From contig JBLGBD010000001.1 in the NCBI GenBank assembly GCA_047617585.1, positions 53,454 to 117,453 on the forward strand: a stretch of DNA of 64,000 bases, written 5' to 3'. This document shows, one piece after another, positions 58,087 to 64,000 of the stretch. Source of the DNA: Pseudohongiellaceae bacterium (lineage in GTDB: Bacteria > Pseudomonadota > Gammaproteobacteria > Pseudomonadales > Pseudohongiellaceae). The notes under the pieces were generated by a model. That model was given only the letters and a program-made list of their open reading frames with translations, searched no databases and was not told the DNA's origin. Both the position numbers and the translations under genes were made by a program. How positions within the stretch are numbered: the stretch's first letter is position 1; every line of letters begins with the position of its first letter.

Positions 58087-58677
58087 ATGAAGCTTGTAGA
58101 TTTCACAGAGTTTGCACCCTTTAACGAGCTGAGGCGCAAAGTAGGCACAACAACATTAGGTTACTTTGAGCTGTTTGATCCACAATTTCATTTGACTGGG
58201 TTAGAGCGCTCAGAGCTTGAGTTGAGCGGCCGTCTTGTAACCATTGATGGGATCAAAATTCTTCCCGATAAAACCCTGGCCGTTAAAAATAGCCGAGTGC
58301 TTGTGTACTACCCAGATGAGAATTGGTATAGAGACAACCGCGAATTCCCCACCTATCATCTTGCCTATTGCTCGCAGCTAGACGGGCTGGCGAAAGCCAT
58401 GCCCGATGCCCAGTGGTTAGCGACGACGAGGCTTGCGGAAGATTATGATTTAGTAAAGCTTAGAACCAGTGGCCAAGTGACACTGGTGTCCCATGGCTTT
58501 GCCGTGTGTAAGCATTGCTTGCACACACTGCGCTATAAAAACTTCGATGAATTTAGAAATCGCCGGCGAGGTTACAGCGAAACCGTACTGAAACAGTTTC
58601 GCCTAGGTGACTTTTTTAAGCTATATCAGCAATACCCACTCAGTTTTAAAGGCCGACCTAACACTGAAGATGGCTAG
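58087..58677 (+). CDS. Uncharacterised 196-aa cytoplasmic protein, third gene of the MotAB-like module, with a possible zinc-binding motif
   Basis: It starts 9 nt after the ZorB-like stop and has no TM helix or signal peptide. The motif is H91-x3-C95 ... C141-x2-C144-x-H146 (YHLAYC ... VCKHCLH). I recognise no nuclease, helicase or NTPase motif. Confidence 0.55.
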   Translation: MKLVDFTEFAPFNELRRKVGTTTLGYFELFDPQFHLTGLERSELELSGRLVTIDGIKILPDKTLAVKNSRVLVYYPDENWYRDNREFPTYHLAYCSQLDGLAKAMPDAQWLATTRLAEDYDLVKLRTSGQVTLVSHGFAVCKHCLHTLRYKNFDEFRNRRRGYSETVLKQFRLGDFFKLYQQYPLSFKGRPNTEDG

Positions 58678-58680
58678 GTT

Positions 58681-60000
58681 TTATTGGTCTAATTCGTTCA
58701 GCAGTGGCTCGGTGACGCCGTTAACTCCTGCGAGTGCCAGCATGACAAGAAAGGCTGTCTGCGGTCCAACATGAGACTCGGTTGGCACAAACCACTCGTC
58801 GGGTGAATGGGCGCCGCCGCCATTGCCGCCACCGGCTATAGTGATCGCGGGTATGCCCAGTGACATAGGCACGTTGGAATCCGTGCTGGATATGCCTAAG
58901 TCGCGTAGCTCAATGCCAAGGGCATCGAATGCCAAGGCCGTCACTTGAACGATTGGGCTGTCGGTTACTGTAGCGCCTACCGGACGATCTCCAATCAAGT
59001 TGAAATCTACTGTAATCTCGCCGTTGTTCCAACGGGCATTTTCTTCGGCAACCGCCTCCAGTGCGGCGGCTTTAATCTGGCTTTCAAGCCTGGCTAATTC
59101 GTCTGCGTCGTTGGAGCGCATGTCCAGAGCGAATATGGCATCGGCGGCGATGGAATTGACCGAGGTTCCGCCTTCGACTGTACCTACGGTATAGGTTGTT
59201 TTTGGCAGTGTCGGTGTTTCAATGTCGCCAATCTTGGCTATCGCTCTTCCCATGGCATGAATGGCACTAGCCAGACCAAAGGCACCAAAGGAATGTCCGC
59301 CAGGGCCTTTGAAGTGAAATTCGAAACGTCTGCTGCCCGTGCCGCCTGTGGTAATCCGCTGCAGGCGGACACCATCAATTGAAACGAAACCATCAATTTC
59401 TGGGTGGTCTCTAAAAATAGCCTTTATACCGCGCAGATCGCCTCGGCCTTCCTCACCCACGTTGCCGGCAAAGATAATATCGCCAATTGTTTCAAGACCG
59501 CTTTGATTTAAGGCATCGATCACGGAAAGCAGGGCGGCGAGGCCGCGTGTATCATCACCAATGCCGGGAGCATAATATCTGCCGTCGCGCAGCTGCACGG
59601 TTGTGTCTACTCCTTCTGGAAAGACGGTATCTAAGTGCGCCGCAATAAGAAAAGTTGGCCCCGAGCCGGTGCCTTTGCGAATGCCAATGGCATTGCCTTC
59701 GGTGTCAATGTAGGCGTCGACCAAGCCGCGCGCTTGCATCTGCTCTAAGAAATAAGCGGCTCTAACCTGTTCTTTAAACGGGGGTGCCGGAATTTCCGTA
59801 AGACGAAACTGTTCATCGATATAGGCAGGCTCTTGGGCTTCGATTAAATCTAGCATGGCCTTAACTGTGCTGTGCTCACTCAGAGTCGTGAAACTACTTG
59901 CTATGGAATCATCAATAGGAACAATCGACTGCTGGGCGCCAAGGCTTGCTGAATAGACCAATAAGATAGCCGCGAGTGGCAATTTGTTGAGTGAAAACAT
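58681..60000 (-). CDS. Secreted M20-family metallopeptidase
   Basis: Signal peptide plus the metal-ligand motifs AAHLDTVFPEG, GIGDDTRG and NVGEEGRGDLRG. Confidence 0.8.
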   Translation of the reverse strand: MFSLNKLPLAAILLVYSASLGAQQSIVPIDDSIASSFTTLSEHSTVKAMLDLIEAQEPAYIDEQFRLTEIPAPPFKEQVRAAYFLEQMQARGLVDAYIDTEGNAIGIRKGTGSGPTFLIAAHLDTVFPEGVDTTVQLRDGRYYAPGIGDDTRGLAALLSVIDALNQSGLETIGDIIFAGNVGEEGRGDLRGIKAIFRDHPEIDGFVSIDGVRLQRITTGGTGSRRFEFHFKGPGGHSFGAFGLASAIHAMGRAIAKIGDIETPTLPKTTYTVGTVEGGTSVNSIAADAIFALDMRSNDADELARLESQIKAAALEAVAEENARWNNGEITVDFNLIGDRPVGATVTDSPIVQVTALAFDALGIELRDLGISSTDSNVPMSLGIPAITIAGGGNGGGAHSPDEWFVPTESHVGPQTAFLVMLALAGVNGVTEPLLNELDQ

Positions 60001-60056
60001 GAGTTACTGCTCCGAATGAGGTTTTGGCGCTGGTAGTGAGGTGTATTATATTTTAC

Positions 60057-60623
60057 TTAGATCAGGCGCATCCGCCAGCCACGGCCACCGGTCTTAAGAA
60101 TCCGTCGTTCACGCATTCTAGAATGCAAAACCGCTCGTTTGTCGGCGATCCAGTCTTCTCTTGCCACATGGGGGTCTTTGCCTTTGTTGCGGCGACGGTT
60201 TTCTTCAGCAATTCTGAATTGGCAGAATTCTTGGTACATTTTTATCTCGACTTTCAATTCTTTTATTACAATTTCCGCATACATTGCGTCGTCTAAATAG
60301 CCTATGCCAGGGATATGGTCGGGAATAAGGTCTTCAGGGTCTACAAAATAATACAAAGCCCCGCGAATACTTTTTTTCTCTTCTTCGGTTAACTGCCACT
60401 CGTCATCTCTAATCATATTGATCAGGATCTGCAGTTTTAGCAGGCGGTCAGAAATGAAGTTTGGCAATTCAAGGTCACAGGCCTGATTGATCAGCTCACA
60501 GGCGGCATCTTCAATCTTTTTTGCCTCAGCTATGTCTTCAACTAGTAACTTGCCTTTGTCTATGCTGAGCTGAAATTTTTCTAGGTCTTCATCGCTGAGG
60601 GTAAAAGTGACGTCAATAGGCAT
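60057..60623 (-). CDS. DUF1232 (YkvA-like) domain protein, apparently soluble
   Basis: The motif DLIPDHIPGIGYLDDAMYAEIV matches the DUF1232 core. It has an acidic N-terminal half and a basic C-terminal tail. Confidence 0.55.
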   Translation of the reverse strand: MPIDVTFTLSDEDLEKFQLSIDKGKLLVEDIAEAKKIEDAACELINQACDLELPNFISDRLLKLQILINMIRDDEWQLTEEEKKSIRGALYYFVDPEDLIPDHIPGIGYLDDAMYAEIVIKELKVEIKMYQEFCQFRIAEENRRRNKGKDPHVAREDWIADKRAVLHSRMRERRILKTGGRGWRMRLI

Positions 60624-60855
60624 AGAGGGTATCCAATGTGGTCCAAAATATTCGCTAGCTGTAAGGGGCTGCTAACATTCCTTGGGCTGACCTCAGCCTA
60701 TAGGGTGATAACCCCTCAGACCCCAATAATGCACGTCTAGAGGGAATTCTTCAACAAGTGTGTGGGCAAGCGAGCTTGTACTGGAACTCGAAGCGTGGTC
60801 AGGGTCTATCGGGATCAGTCGCGAGCGTGCCGCGACTGTGAGGATGGGACAAGAC

Positions 60856-62034
60856 CTAGGGATTTAGTTTTGAGGTGCAGTCAGCCTCCGCCAACAAAGG
60901 GTTGCACCTGGCGGCACCGCCACCTGGTAGGCTCACCGAGTAGTCACTAAACTCCAGCCGAGGTAGGTAGTAATCGGTAGAGATATATTGGGCACCAGAG
61001 GCAAAGGCGGCGTCGCGTCTAGACGTGCTGTTTTCCCTTGCTTCTATAGTGTTTGCATCGGCTCTGGTTCTAACGATAAAGCCTGATTTTACCGCGGCTT
61101 GGATTTTCTCGAAATCTTGCTGTGGGCTATTCATAGTGAAGTAAGCGGCGTGATCGGCCTGCTCGCTAACAGAGTTCACAAAAATAGGAAGCCCCTGCAG
61201 TGAGTTCTGACCACGGCTATAAATAGCCACCTTTTCGGGGCCTTCATCGAGGGCAAAAAACACCCTGCCACGGACGCTTTCCAGCGTTGGCCAGCCATGG
61301 CTTAGTACGGCCTCGCGCAGTGTGCTGGCGTCGCCTCTCACTAGGTCTGGAGTGATCATTTTGTGGGCAGGAAACACCGATAATATTTCGGCGTCTAAGG
61401 CGGCAAATGCTTGGCCATCGAACGGCAGGGCTGCTTCAACTCCTGGATAAGCCGAAGCGCCGGTTTTGGCATTGAACATAATGAGAATAGGCACGTGCAG
61501 TGGATTGGCGTTGGACCACGCGTTAATTTCAGCTAGGCAGATTATCCATGTGTCACAGTTTGAGCGAACATCAATGTCCTGTGAGTGCAGAACTTTAAAA
61601 CCGGGCGCCAGCAGCTGCTCATTGTTGAACGCTTGAGCATTGGCTAAGCCTTGGGTCTGTGCCGGCAGCAATGGGCTGGCAAACCTACCACCTTCCGGGT
61701 CATAGACTATGTCTAGCTCTAACTGTCTTAGGCCTAGATCTAACTGCTGCGTTAATGTTAGATGTGAGTAGTCAAGAGTGATTGCTGAGCGCTCATTGTA
61801 GTTGCGAATGAGTTCGAGTTCGGGTTGGGGTATCGACAGTTTGTAACTATTGTGTGAACCTACCGACTGAATGTTGTTCATCGCTAGTTTGTTGCTGGCA
61901 TCTCGGCAATGGGTTTCGATATCAGCATTGTCATTGCAGCTTGCTGCCGCGACAGCTGGTGCCGAGACTAGGGCGCAGGCCAAGCTGGAAATTGCCAAAG
62001 CCGTTATCGAGATGTTAATAAATTTGGTAAACAT
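60856..62034 (-). CDS. Secreted PI-PLC X-domain-like (Ca-dependent phosphoinositide phospholipase C-like) protein
   Basis: Signal peptide, the GSHNSYK motif and LELDIVYD, as in bacterial PLC-like phosphodiesterases. The assignment comes from motif memory only. Confidence 0.55.
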   Translation of the reverse strand: MFTKFINISITALAISSLACALVSAPAVAAASCNDNADIETHCRDASNKLAMNNIQSVGSHNSYKLSIPQPELELIRNYNERSAITLDYSHLTLTQQLDLGLRQLELDIVYDPEGGRFASPLLPAQTQGLANAQAFNNEQLLAPGFKVLHSQDIDVRSNCDTWIICLAEINAWSNANPLHVPILIMFNAKTGASAYPGVEAALPFDGQAFAALDAEILSVFPAHKMITPDLVRGDASTLREAVLSHGWPTLESVRGRVFFALDEGPEKVAIYSRGQNSLQGLPIFVNSVSEQADHAAYFTMNSPQQDFEKIQAAVKSGFIVRTRADANTIEARENSTSRRDAAFASGAQYISTDYYLPRLEFSDYSVSLPGGGAARCNPLLAEADCTSKLNP

Positions 62035-62257
62035 GTAAGTCTCTCACGGTAAGTTAGCTAAACAATAAAGCGTAACAATGACATTATTATTACCAAGGCG
62101 CCTGCAGAAGTTGTTGCTCGAAAGAGCATGCCGCCTAGGCACTGAGATTTCTAGCCTTTGCAATTTAAGACTACTAGTGAATAATGGCGATAGTCATTCG
62201 TCATGACTGAGTTTACTCATCAACTAACCGATCATATTTGCCAAAGGCTGACTCGCT

Positions 62258-63565
62258 ATGAACCTATTGAACCCCGCTTTGACTCGTCGCCAGTTGTTAT
62301 CCGCCGCCGCTGGAGCAGCGCTGACAGTGCCCAGCTTGAGTTTTGCGCAAAGCGATCGCCGATTGCCTTCTCCACCTGTTAGTGTGACACCTACGCAGCT
62401 GGCAAAAGATGAAATATTTTGGCGGGAAGTGGCAAGTTTTTACGACAGGACGCAAGGCATCACAAATCTGGAGCATGGCTATTGGGGAAAAATGTCTCAC
62501 CCAGTGCAAGACGCCTTCATTGCTGCTACCAAAATGGTGAATGGACAAAATTCTTACTATGCCCGAAAAGACTACGGACAAGATGCCAAGTTGAGCATCC
62601 ATAAGGTAGCCCAGGCGTTGGGGGTGAGCGACGAAGAGATCGTGTTAACGCGCAATGCAACAGAGGCGATCCATAACTTAATCCGCCAGTATAATGACCT
62701 CAGCCCGCAACACGCCGTGCTGTATGCTGATCTTGACTATCCAAGCTATAAAGACACGATGCAGTGGCTGGAGACGTCAAAGGGCGTCAATAGCATTGAA
62801 GTAGTCATTCCGTCCCGCGCCAATCAAGATCAAATTTACGACCTATATCTATCTGCCTTCGATGCCAATCCCAATTTAAAGCTAATGCTGATCACCCACG
62901 TGAGTAACCAGCACGGCTTGGTCGTTCCGGTTGCTCGCATTGCCGCCGAGGCAAAAACTAGAGGCATCGATGTCATTTGCGATAGTGCTCAGTCGTGGGG
63001 GTTACTGGATTACAAAATCCCGCAACTAAACGTCGATTGGGCCGGGTTTAATCTGCACAAATGGATCGGTTCCCCTCTAGGGGTTGGAGCCCTTTATATG
63101 AAAAAAGGCTCGCTGGAGAAAATATCCCCTTATCCCGGCGAGAAAGACCCAGAAAATTCTCGGGCCTCCACCCGTGTCCACATGGCAACGTCCAATTTTG
63201 CGTCCCTGATTACAATTCCTCACGCGGTGGATTTTCATCTTGGGGTAGGCGGGGCCAATAAAGAAGCGCGCCTGAAGTATTTACGTAGTCTGTGGACTGA
63301 TGCGGCACAAGAGATGAGCCATATTGAATTACTCGGAGGCTCAGACGAGGAATCTTGGACCGGCATGGGATCATTTCGACTGCGCGGAAAAACTACCCCA
63401 GCCGATGCCACACAGCTGCAGCAACGCTTAGAAAACGAGTTTGGTGTATTCACAGTGATTAGAGTAGGGCTTGCAAGCGGTAGCTGCGTGCGGATCACGC
63501 CCCAGGTATTTACCGCGCCGGAGGAAATTAGCACCCTAGTTAACGCGATGGAGCAGTTAGCGTAG
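62258..63565 (+). CDS. Class V aminotransferase-fold PLP enzyme (isopenicillin-N epimerase / cysteine desulfurase-like) with a twin-arginine signal peptide
   Basis: Tat motif (LTRRQLLSAAAGAALTVPSLSFAQ) and the PLP-lysine context FNLHKWIGSPLGVGALY. Confidence 0.8.
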   Translation: MNLLNPALTRRQLLSAAAGAALTVPSLSFAQSDRRLPSPPVSVTPTQLAKDEIFWREVASFYDRTQGITNLEHGYWGKMSHPVQDAFIAATKMVNGQNSYYARKDYGQDAKLSIHKVAQALGVSDEEIVLTRNATEAIHNLIRQYNDLSPQHAVLYADLDYPSYKDTMQWLETSKGVNSIEVVIPSRANQDQIYDLYLSAFDANPNLKLMLITHVSNQHGLVVPVARIAAEAKTRGIDVICDSAQSWGLLDYKIPQLNVDWAGFNLHKWIGSPLGVGALYMKKGSLEKISPYPGEKDPENSRASTRVHMATSNFASLITIPHAVDFHLGVGGANKEARLKYLRSLWTDAAQEMSHIELLGGSDEESWTGMGSFRLRGKTTPADATQLQQRLENEFGVFTVIRVGLASGSCVRITPQVFTAPEEISTLVNAMEQLA

Positions 63566-63741
63566 CGAGCGCGGCCTTTATCTTGGCTTAGTTAGTGGCC
63601 ATAGATGGAATGCCGGTTCGGGTAATAGAACCAATAAGAATATATTTGAACTTAAGAACATTTAGATAAAATTCTCAAAATTTAGGGTTTATACCGATTC
63701 TAAAGTAACTGACACCTTTGATTGCCTTTGATTGCAAATGT

Positions 63742-64000
63742 TTAGTTTGAACGGCGCAGAGGAGCCAGAGTGCGATCTGCTATTGAGGCTAGAGTCGATA
63801 ACATTAATATGGCTGCGAGTAGCGGGAGCAGGATTAAGCTTATGTCGGTTAAAGCTTCAAACGGCGACGCCAGCGCGATCCCAAAAAGCAACGCTGGTCC
63901 AAAATAGAAAACCCCATTCCACTTGCCGAGAAAACTCATGCGCAGTTGTTTCTGTTTAAACAGGAAGTAAGAGTCTAAAACGTACTGGCTAAACGCGAGG
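63742..64000 (-). CDS. C-terminal part of a membrane protein, truncated by the window edge
   Basis: The frame stays open upstream of the ORF-track Met out to position 64000 (...LAFSQYVLDSYFLFKQKQLRMSFLGKW...). Its C-terminal helices are hydrophobic. Confidence 0.35.
   Translation of the reverse strand, partial: LAFSQYVLDSYFLFKQKQLRMSFLGKWNGVFYFGPALLFGIALASPFEALTDISLILLPLLAAILMLSTLASIADRTLAPLRRSN

Noticed and set aside
60024-60296. 90-aa plus-strand ORF overlapping the DUF1232 gene
   Set aside because: It is antisense to an ORF carrying the DUF1232 core motif. Its composition is implausibly Phe-rich.
63715-63734. Tandem direct repeat CCTTTGATTG x2
   Set aside because: There are only two copies of a 10-mer in an intergenic region. 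That is too short to call a repeat element or an operator without comparative data.
1-64000. Search for CRISPR arrays, tRNA/rRNA genes, integrases, transposases or phage genes that would mark an island around the Zorya-like module
   Set aside because: I found none by eye. The module is flanked by ordinary chromosomal genes, and I could not quantify any compositional shift without computation.

Overview
The window is a gene-dense chromosomal segment, apparently from a marine-type gammaproteobacterium: it has Pseudomonas-like long-form pstC/pstA, adjacent convergent ppx and ppk, rpoS and an OprF-like porin. I saw no rRNA, tRNA, CRISPR array, integrase or transposase. All calls come from reading the ORF translations and DNA by eye; no database search was run.

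Main blocks:
- 1-12.5 kb: PIN-PhoH2, cysE, a 7TMR-DISM hybrid histidine kinase followed by an ExeA/MshM-like ATPase, and a GT39-like glycosyltransferase.
- 12.5-16 kb: iron genes feoAB, bfd and bfr, with a Fur-box-like promoter.
- 16-27.5 kb: phosphate and polyphosphate cluster ppx, ppk, pstSCAB, phoU and phoR, with no adjacent phoB.
- 27.8-31 kb: OprF-like ompA, ubiC and rpoS.
- 31-39 kb: CoA-transferase, a YtrA-type GntR/ABC module, an enoyl-reductase-like gene, two SDRs and an acyl-CoA dehydrogenase.
- 39-42.6 kb: a tightly packed cluster of GT2, phosphorylase-like, SPL-family radical SAM and SDR genes.
- 42.7-55.9 kb: copper/redox neighbourhood. It holds copCD, a CadC-like regulator, degP, two divergent CopC-like paralogs, a heme-c protein with PHM/DBH-like His/Met motifs, an orphan SURF1 and paralogous membrane proteins.
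- 56.1-58.7 kb: a three-gene module made of a MotA/ExbB-like channel with a long helical tail, a MotB/OmpA-like partner and an uncharacterised 196-aa protein.
- 58.7-64 kb: secreted M20 peptidase, PI-PLC-like protein and a Tat-signal class V PLP enzyme.

The three-gene module resembles Zorya anti-phage systems but matches none of the effector sets I know. It is my best candidate for a previously undescribed system.
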